From the NCBI GenBank assembly GCA_963844035.1, contig CAWJMT010000035.1, forward strand, positions 160,001-224,000: a stretch of 64,000 bases of DNA, in the 5' to 3' direction. Shown here piece by piece: positions 21,180 to 30,871 of this stretch; position 1 is the first letter of the stretch, and every line of letters starts with the position of its first letter. The notes below the pieces were generated by a model. That model worked only from the letters and a program-made list of their open reading frames with translations. It was not told the origin of the DNA and searched no databases. The position numbers and the translations under genes are program-made. Source of the stretch: an uncultured Gemmatimonadales bacterium. GTDB lineage: Bacteria > Gemmatimonadota > Gemmatimonadetes > Gemmatimonadales > GWC2-71-9.

Positions 21180-21950
21180 ATGCATGACCTGGGGGCCCCG
21201 GGAACGACCTCTGGCGCAAGCATGGCGCCGGTGGATCGTCGCCCCCCTGAACAACGCCGCTCGACGTTCGCTCGCTGGTTCGACAGTTGGATGCGTTCGC
21301 TCGGCATGGCGTTGGTGCTCTTCCTGGTCATCCGCACTTTCCTCGTCGAAGCGTTTCAAATCCCCTCAGGCAGCATGGAGCGAACACTGCTCGCCGGGGA
21401 TTTCCTGTTCGTCAACAAGGCTGTGTACGGCGCGCAGATACCGGGTACGCATGCACGGCTACCGGCGTTCGTCGAGCCCAGCCGCGGTGACGTGATCGTG
21501 TTTGCCTACCCGAAGAATCCGCTGCTGAACTACGTCAAGCGGGTGATCGGCCTGGGGGGAGACACCGTCGAGATGCGCGGCGGGCAGATGCGGGTCAATG
21601 GCCGGCGGCTGGTGGAGCCGTACGTCCAGCGGGTGGACCCGGCTCGCGACATCGCGGACCCCGAGTTCAGTTGGCAGCAGGAGTACACGGTGGCCGCGCC
21701 CAACGGCACGCGTCGCGTTCATCCCACGCGGGATAACTGGGGGCCGCTCGTCGTCCCCCGAGGCAAGTTTTTCGTTTTAGGGGACAACCGCGACAATTCA
21801 GCCGATTCACGCTACTGGGGCTTTGTTGATGCGGGGGCCGTCAAGGGACGGCCGATGGTGGTGTATTTCAGCTACGACCGGGAGGCGCGCGATGCGCTGC
21901 CCTGGCTGACCGATATTCGCTGGAACCGGCTCGGCTCCATCGTACACTAG
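21180..21950 (+). CDS. lepB: Signal peptidase I
   Basis: IPSGSMERTL, YVKRVIG, GDNRDNSADSRYWG; exact start uncertain. Confidence 0.93.
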   Translation: MHDLGAPGTTSGASMAPVDRRPPEQRRSTFARWFDSWMRSLGMALVLFLVIRTFLVEAFQIPSGSMERTLLAGDFLFVNKAVYGAQIPGTHARLPAFVEPSRGDVIVFAYPKNPLLNYVKRVIGLGGDTVEMRGGQMRVNGRRLVEPYVQRVDPARDIADPEFSWQQEYTVAAPNGTRRVHPTRDNWGPLVVPRGKFFVLGDNRDNSADSRYWGFVDAGAVKGRPMVVYFSYDREARDALPWLTDIRWNRLGSIVH

Positions 21951-21961
21951 GGGCCGGTCAG

Positions 21962-21967
21962 TATGAT
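21962..21967 (+). promoter_or_regulatory. Candidate -10 element for the sigma factor gene
   Basis: TATGAT in a GC-rich intergenic region, followed by a GTCGCGCC/GGCGCGAC hairpin. Confidence 0.4.
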
Positions 21968-22048
21968 ACCGCAGTCGCGCCCCGCCGTCGGCGCGACAGG
22001 CGGCCGAATTCGATACGGCGCCATGCCTTGGGGAGGGAAGACAACGCC

Positions 22049-22906
22049 ATGCAACTGAATACGGCGAAACGCTCCTCGTACGACGAAGGGTCACTAGACC
22101 AATACCTGCGCGAGATCAGCCAGTACCCGCTGATCCCCCGTGCGGAAGAGGTCAGGCTCGCCCAGTGCATCAAGAAGGGCGACCCGGAGGCACTCGACAA
22201 GCTCGTGCGCTCCAACCTCCGGTTCGTCGTGTCCGTTGCCAAGAAGTATCAGAACCAGGGGGTCTCGCTCTCGGATCTGATCAACGAAGGCAACCTCGGC
22301 TTGATCCGCGCGGCCCACAAATTCGACGAAACCAAGGGCATCAAGTTCATCTCATACGCGGTGTGGTGGATCCGCCAGGCCATTCTGCAGGCGCTGGCCG
22401 AGCAGTCACGCATCGTACGCGTGCCGTTGAACCGGGCGGGCACCTTGCACCGGATCGGCAAACGTTCGGCCTCGCTCCTCCAGGAGCTGGGCCGCGAGCC
22501 TACGGTGGAGGAGATAGCGGAGGGGATGGACATCACGCAGGAGGAGGTGGCGAAAACGCTATCGATCTCCCAAGCGCACCTCTCGCTCGACGCACCGCTC
22601 ACCCCCGGCGAAGACAACAAGCTTCTCGACTACCTCCCCGACACGCAGAACCCTGGCCCCGACGACGAGATCTTCGAGCACGCGCTCACCGAGTCGGTCG
22701 AGGGGGTGCTGGCAACGCTGAAGGACCGGGAGGCGAAGATCCTGCGCCTGTACTTTGGACTCGAGGGGCAGGAGCCGATGACGCTGGAGGAGATCGGGTC
22801 GCTGCTCGGCATCACGCGCGAGCGCGTGCGACAGATCAAAGAAAAGGCCCTCGCCCGCCTGCGGCACGTCTCGCGCGCCCGGGCGCTGGAGAGCTTCCTC
22901 TTCTAG
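22049..22906 (+). CDS. RNA polymerase sigma-70 factor, RpoD/RpoS family without region 1.1
   Basis: YLREI, NLRFVVSVAKKY, FISYAVWWIRQ, TRERVRQI. Confidence 0.93.
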   Translation: MQLNTAKRSSYDEGSLDQYLREISQYPLIPRAEEVRLAQCIKKGDPEALDKLVRSNLRFVVSVAKKYQNQGVSLSDLINEGNLGLIRAAHKFDETKGIKFISYAVWWIRQAILQALAEQSRIVRVPLNRAGTLHRIGKRSASLLQELGREPTVEEIAEGMDITQEEVAKTLSISQAHLSLDAPLTPGEDNKLLDYLPDTQNPGPDDEIFEHALTESVEGVLATLKDREAKILRLYFGLEGQEPMTLEEIGSLLGITRERVRQIKEKALARLRHVSRARALESFLF

Positions 22907-22983
22907 AGGGCACACCCTGCGCGGTACCTGGTGCGTAGGCGCTCACTACGCACCATGGACGGGGCACCTCTATATTCCCCTCC

Positions 22984-23487
22984 ATGGCCTCTCTCTCTTC
23001 GTTCGACATCTCGACCGGCGCCGATCTCCAGGAAGTCGATAACGCCGTTAACCAGGCGGGCAAGGAAGTAGCGCAGCGCTACGACTTCAAAGGGTCGAAG
23101 TGCTCCATCACGTTCGACCGTGCCAAGGTGACCCTGACTCTGGTGGCGGATGACGATTTCAAGATGAAGGCGCTGTTCGACGTCTTACAGTCCAAGCTCA
23201 TCAAACGCGGTGTGCCGGTGAAAAACCTCGAGATCGGAGCGGTCATCCCCGCCGCCGGAGACACCGTCCGTCAGGAGCTGAAGCTGACCCAGGGTATCCC
23301 GCAGGAGAAGGCGAAAGCGATCGTCAAGGCGATCAAGGACAAGAAGTTCAAGAAGGCCCAGGCGTCCATCACGGGAGAAGAGATCCGCGTTCAATCGGCG
23401 TCGAAGGACGAGCTGCAGGAGGTGATGGCATTCCTGCGCGGCCAGGACTTCGGGCTGGAGCTGAAGTTCGGGAACTATCGCGGATGA
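22984..23487 (+). CDS. yajQ: YajQ family nucleotide-binding protein
   Basis: SFDI...EVDNAVNQ...RYDFKG; C-terminal FGNYR. Confidence 0.92.
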   Translation: MASLSSFDISTGADLQEVDNAVNQAGKEVAQRYDFKGSKCSITFDRAKVTLTLVADDDFKMKALFDVLQSKLIKRGVPVKNLEIGAVIPAAGDTVRQELKLTQGIPQEKAKAIVKAIKDKKFKKAQASITGEEIRVQSASKDELQEVMAFLRGQDFGLELKFGNYRG

Positions 23488-24798
23488 AGCTCGGGGTCAT
23501 TTCGCTCGGGTGCGACAAGGCGACGGTCGACTCTGAGCGGCTCGTGGGCGACCTCGTGGGTCACGGCGCCGTCGTCACGCAGGACCTTCCGAACGCCGAC
23601 GTCATCCTCATCAACACCTGCGGGTTCATCGACGCCGCGAAGCAGGAATCGATCGATGCGATTCTGCGCGCGGCGCAGCTCAAGACGGGGCGGGGTGAAG
23701 GCCGTCGTCGCTGCGGGCTGCCTGGTCCAGCGGTACAAGCAGGAGCTGCAGGCGGAAATGCCCGAGGTCGATCTGTTCCTCGGGTTCTCGGACCTGCACC
23801 ACCTCGTTCCCGAGCTGAGCCGCCGTGGTCTCATCGAGGATCCGGTCGCGGGGCATCCCGGGATGCGCCAGTTCCTGGGGGATGCGCCGCACGTCCGCTA
23901 CCTCAAGATCTCGGAAGGGTGCGACCATACCTGCGCCTTCTGCGCCATCCCCCTCATGCGGGGTAAGCATCGCACCGAGCCGCTCGAACGGCTGGTGCGC
24001 GAAGCGCAACAGCTCGAAGCGCAGGGCGCCCAGGAGATCAATCTCGTGGCGCAGGACCTGGGGCACTACGGACGGGATCTCGGTCGCACCGGTCCGACGC
24101 TGCCCGATCTGCTGGAGGCCCTGCTGCGCGAAACGTCGGTGCCGTGGTTCCGCTTGCTGTACGTCTACTCCGCGGGATTGAGCGAGCGGCTCGTGGACCT
24201 GGTCGCGCGTGAGCCCCGGATCGTGCCGTACATCGACATGCCGATCCAACATGCCAATGACCGCATGCTCGAGCGGATGCGCCGCCCCGAGCGCCAGGAC
24301 ACGCTGCGGCGCAAACTCGCCTGGCTGCGCGAGTCGATCCCCACCCTCGCGCTTCGCACCACGTGCCTGGTGGGCTTTCCTGGTGAGACGGACGACGAAT
24401 TCCGTGAGCTGCTGCGGTTTCTCGAGGAGGCGCAGTTCGAGCGCCTGGGTGCGTTCTCCTACAGTCCCCAGGACGGGACCCGGGCGATGGCGTTCCCTGA
24501 CGACGTGCCGGACGAGGTCAAGCGCGATCGGCTGGAGGAGTTGCTCGAGGTGCAGCGTGCCATCTCTGCCGAGCGGTTGACCCGCTTCGTGGGGAGCGAG
24601 GCGCAGGTGCTCGTGGACCGCGTCGCCGATCCCGACGACGGCCAGGCGACCCACGTAGGGCGTGTCCCCTGGCAGGCGGACGACGTGGACGGGGTCACCT
24701 ACGTCACGACCGGCGGTTGGGCGGTGCCGGGGCAGTTCGTCCGCGTCCGCGTGACGGCGAGCGAGGACTACGATTTTCGGGCGGTCGCGTTGACGTGA
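23484..24798 (+). CDS. rimO: Ribosomal protein S12 methylthiotransferase (frameshift near 23690)
   Basis: [31 protein letters not shown]-like tail. Confidence 0.93.
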
Positions 24799-26081
24799 CG
24801 CGCTCGGCCGAGCTGTTCGAGCGGGCGAAAGGGGTGCTACCGGGCGGGGTGAATTCCCCGGTGCGGGCGTTCCGCGCCGTGGGGGGCACCCCGTTTTTCG
24901 TGGCGCGCGCCGCGGGCGCGCGGCTTACCGACGTCGACGGCCGCGACTACATCGACTATGTGGGGTCGTGGGGCCCCCTGCTGCTCGGCCACGCCCACCC
25001 CGACGTCGCCGCGGCTATCAGAGCGGCAGTCGAGCGCGGCTGGTCGTACGGAGCGCCGTGCGAGGCGGAGGTAGACCTCGCCGAGCTGGTGCGGCAACGC
25101 ATGTCCTCGATCGAGATGGTTCGCTTCGTCAACAGCGGCACCGAGGCGACGATGGCGGCCGTCCGTCTCGCCCGGGCCGCCACCAAGCGGGATGTCATCC
25201 TCAAGTTCGAAGGCTGCTATCACGGCCACGCCGACGCCTTTCTGGTGAAGGCCGGGAGTGGTGTGGCGACGCTCGGCCTCCCCGATAGCCCAGGGGTCCC
25301 GGCCGCACTGGCCGCCCTGACGGTGACGGTCCCATTCAATGATCCCGGGGCGGTGAGCGACGTGTTCCGGCAGCGCGGCCGTGAGATCGCGGCGGTGATC
25401 GTGGAGCCGTACGTGGGCAACGCCGGCTTCATTCCGCCCGATCCTGCGTTTCACCCCCTGCTGCGGTCGCTGTGCGACGGCGCCGGAGCGCTGTTGATCT
25501 TCGACGAGGTCATGACCGGGTTCCGGGTCGCCTCAGGTGGCGCCCAGCAGCGCCTGGGGGTGCGCCCGGACCTGACCACGCTCGGCAAGATCATCGGGGG
25601 CGGGATGCCGGTCGGTGCGTACGGCGGACGCGCCGACCTGATGCGGATGATCGCTCCCGAAGGACCGGTGTATCAGGCGGGGACGCTGTCGGGGAACCCG
25701 GTCGCGATGGCGGCCGGCCTGGCGACCCTGCGCGCCGCCGGGGCACCTGGCTTCTACGAAGCGCTGGAGCGCACTACGGCGCGCCTGGTGACGGGCCTCG
25801 GGGAGGCCGCCCGGCGTCATGGGGTGCCGCTGACCGCGGGACACGCTGGATCGATGTGGGGCATGTATCTCACGGGAGGTCCGGTGCGCGATTTCGCTCA
25901 GGCGAAGCGGTCTGACGTGGCGCTGTTCGCTCGCTGGCACCGGGCCGCGCTGGCGCGCGGCATCTTCCTCGCGCCCTCGGCGTTCGAAGCGGGGTTTGTA
26001 TCGAGCGCTCACACCGATGCGGATATTGCCGAGACCATCACCCAACTTGATGCAGCGCTGGCCGAGGCTCTGGCTCGGTAG
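24795..26081 (+). CDS. hemL: Glutamate-1-semialdehyde 2,1-aminomutase
   Basis: [44 protein letters not shown]. Confidence 0.97.
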   Translation: MTRSAELFERAKGVLPGGVNSPVRAFRAVGGTPFFVARAAGARLTDVDGRDYIDYVGSWGPLLLGHAHPDVAAAIRAAVERGWSYGAPCEAEVDLAELVRQRMSSIEMVRFVNSGTEATMAAVRLARAATKRDVILKFEGCYHGHADAFLVKAGSGVATLGLPDSPGVPAALAALTVTVPFNDPGAVSDVFRQRGREIAAVIVEPYVGNAGFIPPDPAFHPLLRSLCDGAGALLIFDEVMTGFRVASGGAQQRLGVRPDLTTLGKIIGGGMPVGAYGGRADLMRMIAPEGPVYQAGTLSGNPVAMAAGLATLRAAGAPGFYEALERTTARLVTGLGEAARRHGVPLTAGHAGSMWGMYLTGGPVRDFAQAKRSDVALFARWHRAALARGIFLAPSAFEAGFVSSAHTDADIAETITQLDAALAEALAR

Positions 26082-27294
26082 CGTGTGCGCCGCGGTCGCG
26101 GCGAGCTGCGCGCGACCCAGCAGTGTCCCGCCCCTCAGCACCGAGCCGGAGCTGCGCATCGGCGTTGCGGAAAACCGGCCGAGCGTGGCGCTCGGCGGTG
26201 ACGGCGAGCTCATCCTCACAGACGATGCCACCGGCCAGCCCATCGGCTCAATTCCGGCGGGGGTCCGCTGGAACGTTGTCCCCTACCTGGGTGGCATCCG
26301 CCTGGTTCGCCCCGATGGAGTCCGGAGCGATCTCTATCCCGGCGTCTTCGCCGTCAACGTCACCGAGGGACGGTTTGCCATGGCGGACGGCCGCGCGTAT
26401 CGCGGGCGGCTGAACGTCGTGCGGGGCATCAGCGGCGTGCTGGTCGTCAACCGGGTGTCGCTCGAGAGCTACGTGGCGGGTACGATCGGCGCCGAGATGG
26501 GCGCGCGCCGTCCCGAAGAGCTCGCCGCGTTGCGGGCCCAAGCGGTGGTGACGCGGACGTTTGCGGTCAAGAATCGGGGTCGCTGGGAGGCGGCCGGGCT
26601 CGATGCCTTTGCCGACGTGCGCGACCAGGTCTACGGCGGCATCGCGAGCGAGAGCCCGCAGGTCTGGGACGCAGTACGTGCGACGGCAGGGCAGGTGCTC
26701 GTATATCAGGGCCTGCCGATTGACGCGTTCTTTTCTTCTACATGCGGCGGCTCGACCGCGGGCGTCGAAGAGGTGTTCTCCACGGCGAAGTCGCGCCCCT
26801 ATCTCCGTCCGGTATCGGACGCGAGCAAAGGTGGGAAGCACTACTGCGACATCTCGCCGCGATTTCGCTGGCGTGAGGAGTGGGATGCGTCCACGCTGCG
26901 CGCTATATTGTCGCGAACGCTCCCGGTGGTGATGAACGTTGATGGTGACGGGTTGCAGGCCATCACGGACGTCGCAGTCACCCGCACTACCCGGTCCGGT
27001 CGCGTCGGGGAGCTGCGGATCGTGTTTGAGCGCGGTGATGTGCGTGTGCCGGGACCCAATGTTCGCAGAGTCCTCCGGCCGGCGAACGGGCGGCTGCTCG
27101 GGAGCCAGACGTTCGATTTGCACGTGTCACAGGAGGGCGGGCGCGTGAGCCGCCTCGTCGCGACGGGCGCGGGATCGGGCCACGGCGTGGGATTCTGCCA
27201 GTGGGGTGCCGTGGGGCGCGCGCGCGCCGGGCAGGACTATCGCACGATTCTGGCTACGTACTTCCCGGGGACCCGCGTTGAAAAACTCTACTAG
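26050..27294 (+). CDS. SpoIID/LytB domain lipoprotein
   Basis: AAS-C lipobox, [36 protein letters not shown]. Confidence 0.9.
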   Translation: MQRWPRLWLGSVCAAVAASCARPSSVPPLSTEPELRIGVAENRPSVALGGDGELILTDDATGQPIGSIPAGVRWNVVPYLGGIRLVRPDGVRSDLYPGVFAVNVTEGRFAMADGRAYRGRLNVVRGISGVLVVNRVSLESYVAGTIGAEMGARRPEELAALRAQAVVTRTFAVKNRGRWEAAGLDAFADVRDQVYGGIASESPQVWDAVRATAGQVLVYQGLPIDAFFSSTCGGSTAGVEEVFSTAKSRPYLRPVSDASKGGKHYCDISPRFRWREEWDASTLRAILSRTLPVVMNVDGDGLQAITDVAVTRTTRSGRVGELRIVFERGDVRVPGPNVRRVLRPANGRLLGSQTFDLHVSQEGGRVSRLVATGAGSGHGVGFCQWGAVGRARAGQDYRTILATYFPGTRVEKLY

Positions 27295-27955
27295 GGCGGT
27301 CAGGCGGACAGGCGGTCAGGCGGTCGGCCTCCTCCTGTTGACGCTGATCGCCCGGCCGCCCGAACGCCTGTCCGCCCAATTCGAGCAATTTTCTTCCGAG
27401 AACCTTCGGCTCACGGCAGTCGGCCTCGACTTGGGCGTCATTTCGGGCACCAATGTCAAAGGGACCGGGACCGTTGCAATACGGTTCGACCTCGGCAAGG
27501 TATCGCCCCGGGTGCGCGTGATGACCGGGCTCGCGTATTCCCGGCCCAGTGTGAGCAGCACCGCGCTCCATCGCTTCGAGGATCGGCTGCAGAGCGTGGT
27601 GATCGATCCGAGCGGCGACGATACCGTTCACCTCGGCGAAATCCTCTGGGGCGATCTTGTAGCAGACCTCGATCTCCAATACTTGCTGCCGCAGGGACGC
27701 GCCGTGTTGGCCTATACGGGCCTGGGCCTGAGCGTGCACGCCCGCAACGGCACCGGGACGGTGATCAGCGGCACGTTTGTCGAGGACGCGCTCGACGGCA
27801 TCACGGCCGGTCTCAACGCGACGCTGGGACTCGAAATCGGGGCCAAGCGCTGGCGCCTGGCGATTGAAGGTCGCGGTGTGCTCGCCAGCGGGCTCTCCAC
27901 CCTCGGCGCGACCATGGGGGTACGGTATCGATGGGCGAAAGGGAAAGCACCGTGA
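27278..27955 (+). CDS. Hypothetical exported beta-barrel-like protein
   Basis: TTG start inferred; signal peptide ending RLSAQ; alternating strands. Confidence 0.6.
   Translation: MKNSTRAVRRTGGQAVGLLLLTLIARPPERLSAQFEQFSSENLRLTAVGLDLGVISGTNVKGTGTVAIRFDLGKVSPRVRVMTGLAYSRPSVSSTALHRFEDRLQSVVIDPSGDDTVHLGEILWGDLVADLDLQYLLPQGRAVLAYTGLGLSVHARNGTGTVISGTFVEDALDGITAGLNATLGLEIGAKRWRLAIEGRGVLASGLSTLGATMGVRYRWAKGKAP
27295..27377. repeat. Palindromic element of 8-mer repeats (GGCGG[T/A]C[A/G] x4, loop, 3 reverse-complement copies)
   Basis: ggcggtca ggcggaca ggcggtca ggcggtcg ... cggccgcc cgaacgcc tgtccgcc. Confidence 0.8.
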
Positions 27956-28959
27956 GTGCCTCAGTGAAAGTAGCGGTCGTCGGCGCCGGCGCGGTCGCGC
28001 AATCGGCCCACCTCCCGGCGCTGCGGCGGCTCCCCGGTGTCGACATCGCGGGCATCTGCGACAGCGATCTCGCCAAGGCGCAGGCGCTCGCGGCCCGCTT
28101 TGCCGTCGCGGACGCCTACGACGACATCGAGGAGATCCTGCGCTATGCCAACGCCGATGTGGCGGTCGTGTGCACGCCGAATCACTTGCACGAGATTCAC
28201 ATTCTGGCGGCGTTGTCGGCCGGGCTGCACGTGTTGTGCGAGCCGCCGCTCGCGTTGACGATTCCCGGGATGGAACGCGTCCTCAAGGCGAGCGAGCGCT
28301 ATGGCAAGCGGGTGATGGCGGGCATGAACCATCGGTTCCGCTCCGACGTCCAGGCGGTGCGGGGGTTCATGTCCGGCGGCGAGCTGGGGACGACGCAGGC
28401 GGTTCGAACCGGGTGGCACACGTTCCAACCGTCGCACCAGCTCCCCGGATGGCGCCTGCGCCGGCAGGAGGCGGGCGGCGGGGTCCTGCTCGATCTCGGT
28501 CTCCCGCTGCTCGACCTCGGTCTGTGGTTGTCGGGGTGGCCCGAGCCCAAGCGGGTCTCGGCGCACGTCGTGCGGCAAAATCCCGACGGGGTCGAGGAGC
28601 TGGGGTCCGTCATCGTCGTGTGCGAATCCGGGCTGTTCCTGGCGGTCGACGTGAGCTGGCGGCATCTCGCCGACGGCGAGCGCTTCTGGTTCGACTTGCT
28701 CGGCACCAAAGGCTCCGCCGGGATCCAGCCGTTGCGGATCGTGAAGGACGTGAAGGGCATCCCGACCGACGTCACCCCCACAGGCGCGACCGGGCGCGAG
28801 ACCCAATTCGCCCAGTCCTACCGCGCCGAATGGACCTACTTCCTGGCCGCCCTCAAGGGCGACGTCCAGGCGGCACCGCCCAAGCATCAGCTCCTGCTCC
28901 AGCGCATCATCGAGGCGGCCTATCGTTCTGCTGACGAAGGACGCGACGTGCTGCTATGA
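27952..28959 (+). CDS. Gfo/Idh/MocA oxidoreductase
   Basis: VAVVGAG, VCTPNHLH, HVLCEPP, GGGVLLDLG. Confidence 0.9.
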   Translation: MSASVKVAVVGAGAVAQSAHLPALRRLPGVDIAGICDSDLAKAQALAARFAVADAYDDIEEILRYANADVAVVCTPNHLHEIHILAALSAGLHVLCEPPLALTIPGMERVLKASERYGKRVMAGMNHRFRSDVQAVRGFMSGGELGTTQAVRTGWHTFQPSHQLPGWRLRRQEAGGGVLLDLGLPLLDLGLWLSGWPEPKRVSAHVVRQNPDGVEELGSVIVVCESGLFLAVDVSWRHLADGERFWFDLLGTKGSAGIQPLRIVKDVKGIPTDVTPTGATGRETQFAQSYRAEWTYFLAALKGDVQAAPPKHQLLLQRIIEAAYRSADEGRDVLL

Positions 28960-30482
28960 TGGGCCCTCCCCGCCGCGCGATCGGTCCGATCGCGCTGGGC
29001 GCGGTCGCGTTGGCCGCGAGCTACCCGCCGTTCAACCTGCCGTTCTTGAGTTTCGTGGCGCTCGCCCCGGCGGTGCTGCTCATCCGCCAGGCCGTGCGCG
29101 AAGAAGATGTGGCGGGGGCGTTCCGCGTGGGCTTCTGGTACGGCCTCGCGGCGCAGGCCCTGGTGCTCAACTGGATGATCGTCGCACTCTGGCATTTCAC
29201 CCCGCTGGCCGCGCTCGGCTACTTCGCCACGATCACGCTGGAGGCACTCTGGAGCGGCGTGCTCTTCTGGCTCGTCGTGCGCGTGCGTCTCCGCCTCCCG
29301 GCCGTGCCCCTCGCCGTCGTCTTCCCAATGGCGTGGACGGCGGTCGAGTGGGCGATCGGCCATCAGGGCGACATCCGGTTTCCGTGGCTCGGACTCGGGA
29401 CGTCGCTGACCGACGCGTCGGTCCTGGTCCAGTGGGCCGACATCGCGGGAGCCCGCGGGGTGACGCTCTGGCTGGCCTGGTGCAACGTCTTGCTGGTGGA
29501 TGGCCTGATGCCGGTCGTGGGGGCGCGCCGCGCCGTGCTGCGCCGTCTGGGGCCGGTCGCCCTGAGCGTGGCCCTGGCGTTGGGGTATGGCCTGTGGCGC
29601 GAGCGCACGCTTCCCACCCGGGACGTGCTCGCCGTCGGTCTCGTGCAGCCCAACGAGGGATTTTGGGACAAGTGGGACCCGGCGCACGAGGACAGCGTTG
29701 TGACCAAGCTCGTCACCCTGACGCGCCAGGTTGGGGAGCAGGCGCCGCTCGACCTGGTGCTCTGGCCGGAAGCTGCGATCCCGGGGTATTTCGTCAATCA
29801 CCCCAGGTGGGACCTGGCGATTTCGCGTGCGGCGCGCGAGCACCGTCTCCCGATTCTCACTGGCGGCTTGGACTTCGAGTTCCACGACCAGCCGCCATCG
29901 TCATACTACAACGCCGCGTTCTTCTACGATTCCACGGGGGCCCGCAGTCCTTCCGTGTACCGCAAACAGTATCTCGTCCCTGTCGTCGAACGGGTGCCGT
30001 TCATTCCCCCGAAGTGGATCCGCCTGAAATGGTTCGGAGGATTCGGCCGAGGCGAGTACCTGCCGGTCTTTGGGAGCTCCGGCGCCCGGTTCGGCGTGTT
30101 GATCTGCTATGAATCAGCGTTCGAAGACCTCCCGCGCTCCTACCGGCGGCTCGGGGCTGATTTTCTGGTCAACATCACGAACGACGCCTGGTTCGGGCGT
30201 ACCAGCGCGCCCTACCAGCACGAATCGATGCTCCGGATGCGGGCGATCGAGGTACGGATGGGAGTCGCGCGCGCCGCCAACTCCGGGATATCGGAGTTCA
30301 TCGACCCGCTAGGGACTCCGTCCAACGCCACGAAGCTCGGGACCGAGGCGGTCGTCGCCGGTCGGGTCCGGACCAGCGATGTGACGACGCTCTACGCGCG
30401 GCTGGGGGATTGGGTTGGTCTCATGTCGGTGCTCACGACCCTCGGCCTCGCGGGTTTCTTGGTGCGCCGGGGCCGCTCGTGA
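28956..30482 (+). CDS. lnt: Apolipoprotein N-acyltransferase
   Basis: FPW, VQPN, WPE, YRKQYLVP, ICYES, NDAWFG. Confidence 0.95.
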   Translation: MMGPPRRAIGPIALGAVALAASYPPFNLPFLSFVALAPAVLLIRQAVREEDVAGAFRVGFWYGLAAQALVLNWMIVALWHFTPLAALGYFATITLEALWSGVLFWLVVRVRLRLPAVPLAVVFPMAWTAVEWAIGHQGDIRFPWLGLGTSLTDASVLVQWADIAGARGVTLWLAWCNVLLVDGLMPVVGARRAVLRRLGPVALSVALALGYGLWRERTLPTRDVLAVGLVQPNEGFWDKWDPAHEDSVVTKLVTLTRQVGEQAPLDLVLWPEAAIPGYFVNHPRWDLAISRAAREHRLPILTGGLDFEFHDQPPSSYYNAAFFYDSTGARSPSVYRKQYLVPVVERVPFIPPKWIRLKWFGGFGRGEYLPVFGSSGARFGVLICYESAFEDLPRSYRRLGADFLVNITNDAWFGRTSAPYQHESMLRMRAIEVRMGVARAANSGISEFIDPLGTPSNATKLGTEAVVAGRVRTSDVTTLYARLGDWVGLMSVLTTLGLAGFLVRRGRS

Positions 30483-30509
30483 TTCCGGACTCAACATGGA
30501 GGTGATGCG

Positions 30510-30868
30510 ATGACGTGGGTTCTGGTCAGTGCGATCGGCGTGGTCGCGGGCGTGGCCTCGGGCTGTTCGGCGTCGGTGGGGCAATCGTGATCGTCCCGGC
30601 GCTCGTCCTGCTCCTGAAGACGACCCAGCATGCCGCGAATGGCACCTCGTTGGCCGCGATGTTGTTGCCGGTCGGTTTCCTTGGCGTCATGGAGTACTAC
30701 CGCCGCGGCGAGGTGAACGTCCACTACGCGATCGTGATCGCGCTCGGGCTGTTTGTGGGGTGCTGATTGGAGCAAAGACTCGCCGGTAGGTGTCGGATCT
30801 GCCTGCTCCGTCGGGTGTTCGGCGGCTTCTTGCTGGTGGTGTCGATGCGGTTGCTCCTGAGTCGGTGA
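30510..30868 (+). CDS. Short TauE/SafE (TSUP) family membrane protein (frameshifted)
   Basis: GGAGG RBS; GLFGVGGAIVIVP, QHAANGTSL; pieces lie in different frames. Confidence 0.75.
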
Positions 30869-30871
30869 CGC

